Source: a bacterium
Lineage (GTDB): Bacteria; Bdellovibrionota; FAC87; UBA2466
DNA: 57,561 bases
Direction of reading: 5' to 3'
NCBI GenBank assembly: GCA_009927045.1
Contig: RFNT01000218.1
Coordinates: 1 to 57,561 of the forward strand
Shown here: piece after piece, positions 1 through 9,004 of the stretch
How positions within the stretch are numbered: position 1 is the stretch's first letter
Layout: each line of letters starts with the position of its first letter
Translations under genes and position numbers: made by a program
The notes under the pieces: model-generated
What the model saw: only the letters and a program-made list of their open reading frames with translations
The model's database searches: none
What the model was told of the DNA's origin: nothing

Positions 1-1
1 T

Positions 2-789
<788 letters not shown>

Positions 790-797
790 ATTGAGGG

Positions 798-1451
798 ATG
801 ACGGTGGAAGCTTCGTTAAAAATCAACGAAATCTTTTTTAGTATCCAGGGCGAAAGCCTGTTGGCAGGCAAACCAACGGTGTTTGTGCGCACAGCTGCGT
901 GCAATTTGCGCTGCACGTGGTGCGATACCAAGTATTCCTATTGGCAAGGGAACGTTATGGGAATACCGGAAATTCTAGAAAAAGTGAGAGCTTTTGGGGG
1001 CAAGTATGTTTGTCTGACGGGGGGTGAGCCCCTGGGTCAGCGAGGATCTTTGGACCTGATGCGGGGCCTGCTGAAAGAGGGGTACACCGTTTCTTTAGAG
1101 ACGAATGGAAGTTTTTCAATCAAGGAAGTGCCTTTAGAGGTCGTGAAAGTAATTGATGTGAAGTGCCCTGAGAGTGGCGAAAGTGAGAGTATGGCTTGGG
1201 AAAACTTGGCCCTTGCAAGGCCCCACGATCAGTTTAAGTTTGTGGTGGCGTCGAAAGCGGATTTCGATTGGGCCTTAAAAGTCTGCGAGGAACACCACCT
1301 CGAGGAAAAATGTCATATTTTGTACTCCCCCGTTCATGGGAAAGTAAAACCGCATGAATTGGCTCGTTGGATTCTGGATTCCAAAGCTCCTGTGACCATG
1401 CAGGTGCAGCTCCATAAAGAAATTTGGGGTCCTAATGAGCGCGGCGTTTAA
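798..1451 (+). CDS. queE: 7-carboxy-7-deazaguanine synthase (radical SAM)
   Basis: N-terminal EIFFSIQGES plus the radical-SAM cluster CNLRCTWCDT, at the QueE length of 217 aa. Confidence 0.85.
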   Translation: MTVEASLKINEIFFSIQGESLLAGKPTVFVRTAACNLRCTWCDTKYSYWQGNVMGIPEILEKVRAFGGKYVCLTGGEPLGQRGSLDLMRGLLKEGYTVSLETNGSFSIKEVPLEVVKVIDVKCPESGESESMAWENLALARPHDQFKFVVASKADFDWALKVCEEHHLEEKCHILYSPVHGKVKPHELARWILDSKAPVTMQVQLHKEIWGPNERGV

Positions 1452-1504
1452 GGCTTACCAGTTCCTTGCCGTATAGGCCCTTTTCCATTAGAAATCATGG
1501 GATT

Positions 1505-2407
1505 ATGCCAGTCCCTCAAACACAACCGAAGCCCGAATGGCTGAAAATTCGTCCTCCTGGCGGAGAAGCTTTTGCTGAAATCAAAGAGCTGGTTAAAAGT
1601 TTAAAACTCCATACCGTTTGTGAAGAAGCCAGATGCCCAAACATGGCTGAATGTTGGGGCGGGGGTACTGCGACTTTGATGCTGATGGGGGATACCTGCA
1701 CTCGCGGCTGCAAATTCTGTCATGTCAAAACAGGAAATCCGAAGGGGCTTTTGGATCACGACGAGCCCGAAAAAGTTGCCAAAGCGCTGGGTGTTTTAAA
1801 ATTAAAATATGTTGTTCTGACTTCTGTCGACAGAGACGATCTTTCCGATGGTGGAGCAGACCACTTTTCTAGAACCGTAGAAGCCATCAAAAAAGCTTCT
1901 CCTGAGACCATCGTTGAAATTTTGATTCCAGATTTTTTAGAAGATGAATCCGCGCTTAGGAGAGTGGCATTTTGTGGCGCTGAAGTGATTGCCCACAATA
2001 TCGAAACTGTGGAGCGGCTCACCAAAAAGGTGCGTGATGGACGGTGTGATTATCAAATGTCTCTCAACGTTCTGGATAAAATAAAAACAATGAACCCCAA
2101 GGTTTACACCAAGTCTTCGCTGATGTTGGGGTTGGGCGAAAAGCCAGAAGAGGTTTTAAAATCGATGGACGATCTCAGAGCCGTTGACGTGGCAGTGCTC
2201 ACGTTGGGGCAATATTTACGGCCGACTGATTGGCATCTAGCGGTTGAGGAATATATTCATCCAACGGTTTTTAAAGAGCTAGAGCAAGAAGGACTCAAGC
2301 GCGGGTTTCTGTGCTGTCCATCGGGGCCTCTGGTTCGTAGTTCGTACCGAGCGGGCGAAAAATTTTTGGAGGGTTTAATTCGTGCTGGAAAAACACTCGA
2401 AGTCTAA
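1505..2407 (+). CDS. lipA: lipoyl synthase
   Basis: CEEARCPNMAECW and the radical-SAM motif CTRGCKFC are LipA signatures. The ORF opens at TTG 1466; ATG 1505 is the more likely start. Confidence 0.93.
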   Translation: MPVPQTQPKPEWLKIRPPGGEAFAEIKELVKSLKLHTVCEEARCPNMAECWGGGTATLMLMGDTCTRGCKFCHVKTGNPKGLLDHDEPEKVAKALGVLKLKYVVLTSVDRDDLSDGGADHFSRTVEAIKKASPETIVEILIPDFLEDESALRRVAFCGAEVIAHNIETVERLTKKVRDGRCDYQMSLNVLDKIKTMNPKVYTKSSLMLGLGEKPEEVLKSMDDLRAVDVAVLTLGQYLRPTDWHLAVEEYIHPTVFKELEQEGLKRGFLCCPSGPLVRSSYRAGEKFLEGLIRAGKTLEV

Positions 2408-2564
2408 AAAGAAAAAACCAACTGGTAATGGTCACGCGAAGCCAGCCTCTGTCCTTCGTTCGGATTGTTTTCGTGTTTTAGACGATTCCAATCGTCCTAA
2501 TTCGAAAGTGGAACCGAAGTTGTCCAAAGAAGTTCTGCTGCGGATGTATCGTCAGATGCAATGA
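2382..2564 (+). CDS. 2-oxoacid dehydrogenase E1 alpha, N-terminal 60-aa segment, out of frame with the rest of the gene
   Basis: GTG start with GGAGG 9 nt upstream. FRVLDD..LSKEVLLRMYRQMQ matches the N-terminus normally fused to E1 alpha. It ends at TGA 2562-2564, overlapping ATG 2561 of the next ORF. Confidence 0.7.
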   Translation: MLEKHSKSKKKKPTGNGHAKPASVLRSDCFRVLDDSNRPNSKVEPKLSKEVLLRMYRQMQ

Positions 2565-3568
2565 CTCGCTTTTTCGACGAGCGCGGGATGCTCCTGCAGC
2601 GTCAGGGCAGAATTGGGTTTTATGTCCCTTCGTTTGGCCAGGAAGCGATTCAAATCGGGACGGCGAACGCACTGAAAGCCGGTGACTGGGTTTTCCCCAG
2701 TTATCGAGAGCCCGGAGTTTTTATTTCCAGAGGCGCGAGCCTTTTTAAAATGCTTTGCAATCTCTGGGGGAATCGAAGCGATGTGTGTAAAGGCCGGCAA
2801 ATGCCGAATCACTACAGCTTTGCAGACTTGAAGTTGTTTAGCGTTTCAAGCCCCATTTCCACACAAGTGATTCAGGCTGTTGGTGCTTCTCTTGCTTCGA
2901 AACTGAGAAAAGAGAAGGATATCGCAATCACTTACTTTGGAGACGGTGGAACTTCGGAAAACGATTTCCATACAGGGCTTACTTTTGCTGGCGCCATGAA
3001 AACGCCGACCGTTTTTATCTGTACTAATAATCAATTCGCTATTTCAGTCCCAACCTCAAAGCAGACCGGTGCTGCGCGAATGGCCGACAAAGCCATTGGG
3101 TATGGGATGCCCGGGATTGCTGTCGATGGAAATGATGTGCTCGCTGTTTACAAAGCCACACAAGAAGCTGTGGATCGGGCGAGAAATGGTGAAGGCCCCA
3201 CGCTGATCGAGTGTGTTACGTTCCGAATGGGACCCCACTCCTCTTCGGATGATCCCACGCGGTATCGAGATCAGGCGCTTTATGAGGCGTGGTTGAAGCG
3301 CGATCCCATTCAGCGCTTTCGTCAATATTTGGAATCCAAAAAACTATGGGATCAGAAACAACAGGATATTTTAGAGAAAGAACTCAAAGCTACTTTAGCG
3401 GACGCTGTTGAAAAAGCGGAAGCGGAGCCTGCTCCAAGCATTGAAACACTTTTTGAGGATGTCTATAGCGAGATGACCCCGCAGCTCTTAGAACAGAAAG
3501 CAGCACTAGAAATGGAACAGGAGCTTCGTGGGAAGTTCGAAAATACGAGTGAGGCATTTCCTCTTTAA
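2561..3568 (+). CDS. 2-oxoacid (pyruvate/branched-chain) dehydrogenase E1 alpha, main body
   Basis: RFFDERGMLLQRQGRIGFY and the TPP-binding GDGGTSENDF..NN motif. Followed by E1 beta, E2 and E3. Confidence 0.9.
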   Translation: MTRFFDERGMLLQRQGRIGFYVPSFGQEAIQIGTANALKAGDWVFPSYREPGVFISRGASLFKMLCNLWGNRSDVCKGRQMPNHYSFADLKLFSVSSPISTQVIQAVGASLASKLRKEKDIAITYFGDGGTSENDFHTGLTFAGAMKTPTVFICTNNQFAISVPTSKQTGAARMADKAIGYGMPGIAVDGNDVLAVYKATQEAVDRARNGEGPTLIECVTFRMGPHSSSDDPTRYRDQALYEAWLKRDPIQRFRQYLESKKLWDQKQQDILEKELKATLADAVEKAEAEPAPSIETLFEDVYSEMTPQLLEQKAALEMEQELRGKFENTSEAFPL

Positions 3569-3577
3569 GGAAGAATT

Positions 3578-4552
3578 ATGGCAAATCTGACTTTAGTCCA
3601 AGCAGTTCGAGATGCATTAATGACTGAAATGGCGTTGGATCCGACGATCGTTCTCATGGGTGAAGATGTGGGTCTCAATGGTGGCGTTTTTCGGGCCACA
3701 GAAGGACTCCAAAAAGAATTTGGTGAAGAGAGAGTCATGGATACTCCCCTTGCTGAGAGTGGCATTATCGGATTGGCCTTGGGGATGGCCTTGAATGGCA
3801 TGCGACCGGTGCCAGAAATCCAATTCATGGATTTTATTTATCCTGCATTTGATCAAATTGTGAGTGAAGTTGCCAAACTCCGATATCGAAGTGGCGGGGA
3901 CTTCAAATGTCCCATGGTCATTCGTACTCCCTATGGTGGAGGCATCAAGGGCGGACACTATCATTCTCAAAGCACCGAAGCTTATTTTGCCCACACGGCT
4001 GGTTTGAAAGTGGTGATTCCTTCGAATCCCTATGACACTAAAGGCCTTCTCATTGCGGCCATGCGTGATGAAGATCCTGTTTTGTTCATGGAGCCGAAGC
4101 GGCTGTATCGCTCACTCAAAGGCGAAGTGCCAGAAGAAGCTTACACTGTAGAAATTGGAAAAGCCCAGGTGGTCCGACCTGGTTCTGATGTTACCCTGAT
4201 TGCTTGGGGCGCCATGGTTCCTGTGTGCTTGAAAGCTGCAGAGCTGTGTGAACCTCGAGGAGCTGATTGCGAAGTGATTGATCTACGCACTTTAGTGCCT
4301 CTGGATGAGGAAACCATTTTGGAATCCGTCAGAAAAACAGGTCGAGTGGTGATTGTCCACGAAGCGCAAAAGACGTGTGGTTTTGGAGCCGAAATCAGCG
4401 CGCTCATTTCTGAAAAAGCAATTTTGTCGCTCGAGGCACCTATTATTCGAGTGGCAGGATTGGACACCCCTTTTCCATACACATTAGAGCATATTTATTT
4501 GCCGGATCCAGAGCGGGTAGCTCTGGCGGTTGGCAAAGTGAAAAATTTTTAG
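3578..4552 (+). CDS. 2-oxoacid dehydrogenase E1 beta
   Basis: 324 aa. VLMGEDVG..GGVFR..GL..FG..RVMDTPLAE is the transketolase-like E1 beta signature. Confidence 0.93.
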   Translation: MANLTLVQAVRDALMTEMALDPTIVLMGEDVGLNGGVFRATEGLQKEFGEERVMDTPLAESGIIGLALGMALNGMRPVPEIQFMDFIYPAFDQIVSEVAKLRYRSGGDFKCPMVIRTPYGGGIKGGHYHSQSTEAYFAHTAGLKVVIPSNPYDTKGLLIAAMRDEDPVLFMEPKRLYRSLKGEVPEEAYTVEIGKAQVVRPGSDVTLIAWGAMVPVCLKAAELCEPRGADCEVIDLRTLVPLDEETILESVRKTGRVVIVHEAQKTCGFGAEISALISEKAILSLEAPIIRVAGLDTPFPYTLEHIYLPDPERVALAVGKVKNF

Positions 4553-4567
4553 TGAAGGAGAAACTGA

Positions 4568-5842
4568 ATGGACTTTAAATTACCAGATATTGGTGAAGGC
4601 ATTCACGAAGGCGAAATTATCAAATGGCTTGTTAAAACGGGCGAAAAAGTCGCAGCCGATCAGCCCATGGTGGAAGTAATGACTGATAAAGCCACGGTGG
4701 AAATACCTTCCCCGATTTCAGGAACCATCCAAACCGTTTATGCAAAGGAGGGTGAAACCATTGAAGTGGGTAAAGTCCTGGTGGTGATTCAGGAAGAGGG
4801 AAAGGCAGCCCCTGCTCCAAAGCCCGAACCCAAGAAAGCAGAAGCTCCCGCTGCAAAGCCGACCGCTCCCAGTAGTCGAGAAGTAACCCCGGTTGCCACC
4901 ACCGAAAGTAAGGCCGTACCTTTTGGGGTTTTGGCGACGCCGGCGACCAGAAAGCTTGCGAGAGATTTAGATGTAGATTTGGGTGCAGTGAACGGCACGG
5001 GACTCCATGGCCGGGTCACCAAAGAAGATGTGCAAATGGCGTATGAAGGCCAATCGGCTGCAGCTCCTCGTCCCTCGCACACGGCTGTTAGTTCTACTTC
5101 TGTAGTGCCGCACACGATTCCAACTTTAGCAGCTCCTCAGCGAGGCGCCTTGCAAACGATTCCATTGCGAGGAGTTCGTAAGAAAATTGCGGAGGCCATG
5201 CAACATTCAAAGCGAACAGCAGCACATTTCACTTACGTAGAAGAAGTAGATATGTCTGCGGTGGTTCAATTGCGGGCTTCGGTATTAGAAGAAGCAAAAC
5301 GCAGAAACGTAAAACTGAGCTATTTGCCGTTCATCATCAAAGCACTGATTCCTTGTTTACAGGAGTTCCCGTATTTGAATTCCTCTCTGAATGATGAAAA
5401 AGAAGAAATCGTTTTGAAAGGCGATTACAACATTGGGATTGCAACGGACACCCCCAACGGTTTGATTGTGCCGGTGATCAAAGGGGCCGATCAGAAAAAC
5501 ATTTGGCAGCTCGCCACTGAAATTTCTGTACTTGCAGAGAAGGCGCGCACGGGAAAAGTAGCTGTAGACGATCTTAAAGGCGGAACGTTTACGATTACCA
5601 ATGCGGGTTCTATCGGCGGTGTTTTTGCGACTCCCGTGATCAACCACCCAGAGGTGGCGATTTTAGGGGTGAATGCCATTCGTAAAAGACCTGTTGTGAA
5701 AGGCGACCAAATAGCCATCGCGGATATGATGTTCTTATCGCTTTCCGTAGATCACCGAGTGGTTGACGGGGCGGACGCAGCCCGATTCATGAACCGCATG
5801 GTCTTTTTCCTCTCTGAACCCACGCGATTGGTGTTTGCATGA
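4568..5842 (+). CDS. dihydrolipoamide acyltransferase E2 (single lipoyl domain)
   Basis: Lipoyl-lysine motif EVMTDKATVEIPSP, an Ala/Pro linker, the E3-binding ATPATRKLARDL, and the catalytic DHRVVDGA. Confidence 0.93.
   Translation: MDFKLPDIGEGIHEGEIIKWLVKTGEKVAADQPMVEVMTDKATVEIPSPISGTIQTVYAKEGETIEVGKVLVVIQEEGKAAPAPKPEPKKAEAPAAKPTAPSSREVTPVATTESKAVPFGVLATPATRKLARDLDVDLGAVNGTGLHGRVTKEDVQMAYEGQSAAAPRPSHTAVSSTSVVPHTIPTLAAPQRGALQTIPLRGVRKKIAEAMQHSKRTAAHFTYVEEVDMSAVVQLRASVLEEAKRRNVKLSYLPFIIKALIPCLQEFPYLNSSLNDEKEEIVLKGDYNIGIATDTPNGLIVPVIKGADQKNIWQLATEISVLAEKARTGKVAVDDLKGGTFTITNAGSIGGVFATPVINHPEVAILGVNAIRKRPVVKGDQIAIADMMFLSLSVDHRVVDGADAARFMNRMVFFLSEPTRLVFA
4905..4926 (+). repeat. palindromic repeat copy 1 (AAAGTAAGGCCGTACCTTTTGG), inside the E2 linker
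   Basis: Exact 19-nt core AAAGTAAGGCCGTACCTTT shared with the other three copies. In frame here (ESKAVPFG). Confidence 0.85.
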
Positions 5843-7254
5843 AAACTTTCGATGCGATTGTGATTGGTGCCGGTCCTGGTGGATATCCTTGCGCGATTCG
5901 TCTCGCTCAAGAGGGAAAAAAAGTCGCCATTGTTGAAAAAGATAAGTGGGGAGGGGTATGTTTGAATGTGGGATGTATCCCCTCTAAAGCCCTCATCCAT
6001 GCCTCTTCTCAGTTTCATAAAACCCAACACTTAAGCGAAATGGGAATCCAAGTGGGCGCCCCCAAGCTCGATATGGAAAAAATGCAGATCTGGAAAGGTG
6101 GGGTGGTGAAACAGTTGACCCAGGGCGTGTCAGGGCTACTAAAAATGAATGGCGTTACCGCGTTTTCTGGAAATGCCGTTTTTAAAGATGCGCACACGCT
6201 AGAAGTTTCCGGAGCCCAGGGCAAGGAAACGCTCTCTGCAAAAGATATTGTGATTGCGACTGGTTCTCGAGTCGTTGAGATTCCCATACTCAAATTCAAT
6301 GGCAAAAACATTTTAGATTCGACTCAGGCCCTCGACCTCAAAAAGCTACCAAAACAGTTCCTGGTGGTGGGAGGCGGTTTCATTGGATTAGAAATCGGAA
6401 TGGCCTATGCAAAGCTCGGGTCCAAAGTGACTGTGGTCGAGGCGCTCGACCAGCTCTTGGCTTCCGTTGAAAAAGAGTTGGTGCAAGTTGTAGAGAAAAA
6501 AATGCGTGAGCTCGGAATGACCGTACTCACGAGTACGAAAGCATTGGGCCTTAAAGAAAAAGATCCCGCCAAGGAAAGCGTGCTTCATTTAGAAGTCGAA
6601 ACGAAAGACGGAAAGAAAACGCTGGAGGCGGACGCTATTTTGGTTTCCGTGGGAAGAAGGCCTAACTCTGATGGCCTGGGACTTGAAAAGATCGGGGTGA
6701 AGCTGGATTCAAAAGGCAACATCCAAACGGACAATCAAGGTAAGACCAGTGTGGCTGGAATTTGGGCAATTGGTGATGTTAACGGAGCGCCACAACTCGC
6801 TCATCGAGCCACCCAAGATGGCCTCTTAGCAGCTGCTGCTATTTGTGGTGAAAAAGCATATCGGGATTACAAGACAGTTCCTTGGGCTGTGTTTGTGGAT
6901 CCAGAAATTGCCACAGCTGGACTGACCGAAAAAGAAGCTAAGGAAAAAGGAATTGCTTACAAAGTCGGTAAGTTTCCTTTTGCTGCAAACGGTAGAGCAC
7001 TCAGCACCAACGAAGCACACGGCTTTTTTAAAGTTTTGATTGATGAAAAAACGGAGAGCGTGATTGGAGTTCACATTGTCGGTCCGGAAGCATCTAATCT
7101 GATTGCAGAAGCAACGCTCGCTATTGAAATGGGGGCTAGCGTGGAAGACTTAGTGCGAACCATTCACACGCATCCAACTTTGCCAGAAGCTTTTCCGGAG
7201 GCCGTGGAACTTGCTTTTTCCAAAGCCATTCACGTTTTCAAACCTAAACGCTAG
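5839..7254 (+). CDS. lpdA: dihydrolipoyl dehydrogenase E3
   Basis: GAGPGGY FAD motif, redox disulfide GGVCLNVGCIPSK, C-terminal HTHPTLPE. ATGA overlap with E2. Confidence 0.95.
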   Translation: MKTFDAIVIGAGPGGYPCAIRLAQEGKKVAIVEKDKWGGVCLNVGCIPSKALIHASSQFHKTQHLSEMGIQVGAPKLDMEKMQIWKGGVVKQLTQGVSGLLKMNGVTAFSGNAVFKDAHTLEVSGAQGKETLSAKDIVIATGSRVVEIPILKFNGKNILDSTQALDLKKLPKQFLVVGGGFIGLEIGMAYAKLGSKVTVVEALDQLLASVEKELVQVVEKKMRELGMTVLTSTKALGLKEKDPAKESVLHLEVETKDGKKTLEADAILVSVGRRPNSDGLGLEKIGVKLDSKGNIQTDNQGKTSVAGIWAIGDVNGAPQLAHRATQDGLLAAAAICGEKAYRDYKTVPWAVFVDPEIATAGLTEKEAKEKGIAYKVGKFPFAANGRALSTNEAHGFFKVLIDEKTESVIGVHIVGPEASNLIAEATLAIEMGASVEDLVRTIHTHPTLPEAFPEAVELAFSKAIHVFKPKR

Positions 7255-7263
7255 AGGGGTGCA

Positions 7264-7899
7264 GTGGTACCTAGAATGGAAGTCGTGGACTTGGGACTGT
7301 GTGAGTATCCCAGAGCCTACGAAATTCAAAAACAAACTTTAGAGGAAAAACGGAGAAACCCGTTATTCCCCGATCGGCTGTATTTGGTCGAACATCCGCG
7401 AGTATTTACCTTTGGCCGGAAAAGCGCACAGGATCTCCGGCGGCCCTCCCCTTCTTTTGTGATTGAGCGCGGAGGAGAAGCCACCTTTCATAATCCGGGT
7501 CAGTTAGTGGCGTATCCGATTTTGTCTTTAAGAGAAGGTGAACGGGACATCGGATTTTATTTGAGAAGTCTGGAGCAAGTAGTGATGGAGACCATTGCTC
7601 ACTGGGGAATCGTTAGCGCAAGAACAGAAGGTGCTACGGGTGTTTGGGTTGAAGAGGGGCAGAAAAAAATTGCAAGTATAGGTGTAGCTTTGAAGGGTTG
7701 GATCACGCTGCATGGGATTGCTCTCAATGTGGAAAATGATCTGCAGGGGTTTCACGAAATTCATCCCTGCGGGTTTTCGGGAGCTGTCATGACCTCGATG
7801 AAAGAGATCCTGGGAGAGCGCTGTCCTCGGCTGGAGGAAGTCAAAAGAAAGCTTGTATTAAGCTTTGAAAAACACTTCGATAGAAAGCGGCTTTCGTGA
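7264..7899 (+). CDS. lipB: octanoyltransferase
   Basis: RGGEATFHNPGQLVAYPIL and KIASIGV..HGIALNV are LipB motifs. An alternative ATG start lies at 7276. Confidence 0.9.
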   Translation: MVPRMEVVDLGLCEYPRAYEIQKQTLEEKRRNPLFPDRLYLVEHPRVFTFGRKSAQDLRRPSPSFVIERGGEATFHNPGQLVAYPILSLREGERDIGFYLRSLEQVVMETIAHWGIVSARTEGATGVWVEEGQKKIASIGVALKGWITLHGIALNVENDLQGFHEIHPCGFSGAVMTSMKEILGERCPRLEEVKRKLVLSFEKHFDRKRLS

Positions 7900-8618
7900 A
7901 GCCCGCATTCTTTGTTGGGAGTCTTCCTTTTCTCAACGTGCCCGCAGCAATTGAATTCGTTCAGAAAGAATCTGCTCACTTGCCCTTTTTGCCTCAGTTA
8001 CCAGAACTTAATCCCCAAGAAGACATGATTGGCCAGGTTTTACGAGGATTTGAATTGGGATTCTGGGACGAACAGGCTTCATGCGCCCTAGAACTTTTTC
8101 AAAACACGTTCTGTGAGAGCCCGCGATTCAAAATTCAAATCGCCGGGCCCAACACTATTGCTCGCACGCTCTCTCTTCCCTTTGAAAACATTGCTCCTCA
8201 ATGGTTTACCTTGGTGCAGGGGCTCCACCAGCAACTCCGCCAGGGCAGCTTCACCGGTGAGCTCTGGATCCAAATCGACGAACCCTACCTCCCACATAAA
8301 GGTACGGCCTTACTTTTGGCGGAGCTTCAGCCAAAGTTGCACCGGACCTTCTTCGGGCTTCACTCCTGTGCTACGGTTCGACCCGAGGCAGATCCCGAGC
8401 TGTGGGCGGGGCTTCGGTTTATGGCGTTCGATTGTTCCAAAACCCCGGTATCCGATGCTGAAAAAAGGCTTTGGGATCAGTGGCTACAGGAGGATTCTCG
8501 CCGGGTGTTGGCCTGGGGGCAGTCCCTGAATCAGCCGCTTGAAGATTCCTGGGCTCTCGCCCAGCCTCAAGTTTGGAGGTCCGCCCCTTGCGGGCTCTAC
8601 GGCCAACGTCTATACTGA
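7896..8618 (+). CDS. hypothetical protein (no family recognised)
   Basis: 240-aa ORF coupled to lipB by a GTGA overlap. Contains one copy of the palindromic repeat in frame (KGTALLLA). Confidence 0.55.
   Translation: MKPAFFVGSLPFLNVPAAIEFVQKESAHLPFLPQLPELNPQEDMIGQVLRGFELGFWDEQASCALELFQNTFCESPRFKIQIAGPNTIARTLSLPFENIAPQWFTLVQGLHQQLRQGSFTGELWIQIDEPYLPHKGTALLLAELQPKLHRTFFGLHSCATVRPEADPELWAGLRFMAFDCSKTPVSDAEKRLWDQWLQEDSRRVLAWGQSLNQPLEDSWALAQPQVWRSAPCGLYGQRLY
8298..8319 (-). repeat. palindromic repeat copy 2 (reverse orientation), inside ORF 7896..8618
   Basis: The plus strand reads AAAGGTACGGCCTTACTTTTGGCGG, identical over 25 nt to copy 4. Confidence 0.85.
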
Positions 8619-8623
8619 GGCCC

Positions 8624-8986
8624 ATGTTTCCAAAGAAAGCAGACAATCCAGCAACTGGAAAAGCAGATCGAAAGAAGCCACCCCGGCACTATGCGGTGAT
8701 CGATCAACGAGGGTGTACGGGTTGTCATGCCTGTATTCCTGTTTGCCCAGTTGATTGCATTGAACAAGTTCCTGGCGTTGAACATCCAGATTTCATGCGA
8801 CTAGTGGAAGTGGACCAAGACCGATGCATTGGTTGCGAAGCTTGCGCAAAAATTTGTCCTTGGGAAACCATTTTCATGGAATCTCCCGCAGAGTACGAAG
8901 CCAAAATGAAAGAATGGACAGTGCGTTCAGTGCTGTACGAAGGCTTAGGGACTCAAGAAATACCTACAAACAACAACCAAAAGTAA
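8624..8986 (+). CDS. 2x[4Fe-4S] ferredoxin-like protein
   Basis: Two CxxCxxCxxxCP motifs (CTGCHACIPVCP, CIGCEACAKICP). ATG 8624 is preceded by GAGG. The stop codon TAA lies inside repeat copy 3. Confidence 0.85.
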   Translation: MFPKKADNPATGKADRKKPPRHYAVIDQRGCTGCHACIPVCPVDCIEQVPGVEHPDFMRLVEVDQDRCIGCEACAKICPWETIFMESPAEYEAKMKEWTVRSVLYEGLGTQEIPTNNNQK

Positions 8987-9001
8987 GGCCGTACCTTTTG
9001 G
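8977..9001 (+). repeat. palindromic repeat copy 3 (CCAAAAGTAAGGCCGTACCTTTTGG) between convergent genes
   Basis: 7-bp outer stem CCAAAAG/CTTTTGG around a GGCC centre. Fills almost the whole gap between the ferredoxin stop (8986) and the Doc-like gene stop (9005). Confidence 0.9.
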
Positions 9002-9004
9002 AGG

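Noticed and set aside
8113-8529. 138-aa ORF overlapping 7896..8618 in another frame
   Set aside because: Arg/Ser/Pro-rich, noise-like translation. The alternative frame is coupled to lipB by a GTGA overlap and reads like a real protein.
8616-8693. The TGA stop of ORF 7896..8618 sits in the same CTGAGGCCC context as the candidate Sec codon, and read-through would give U-G-P-C...
   Set aside because: Read-through adds only about 25 codons before another TGA and overlaps the ferredoxin start out of frame. I found no convincing hairpin within about 40 nt (only a 6-bp stem with a 24-nt loop). The 9-nt identity is within chance.
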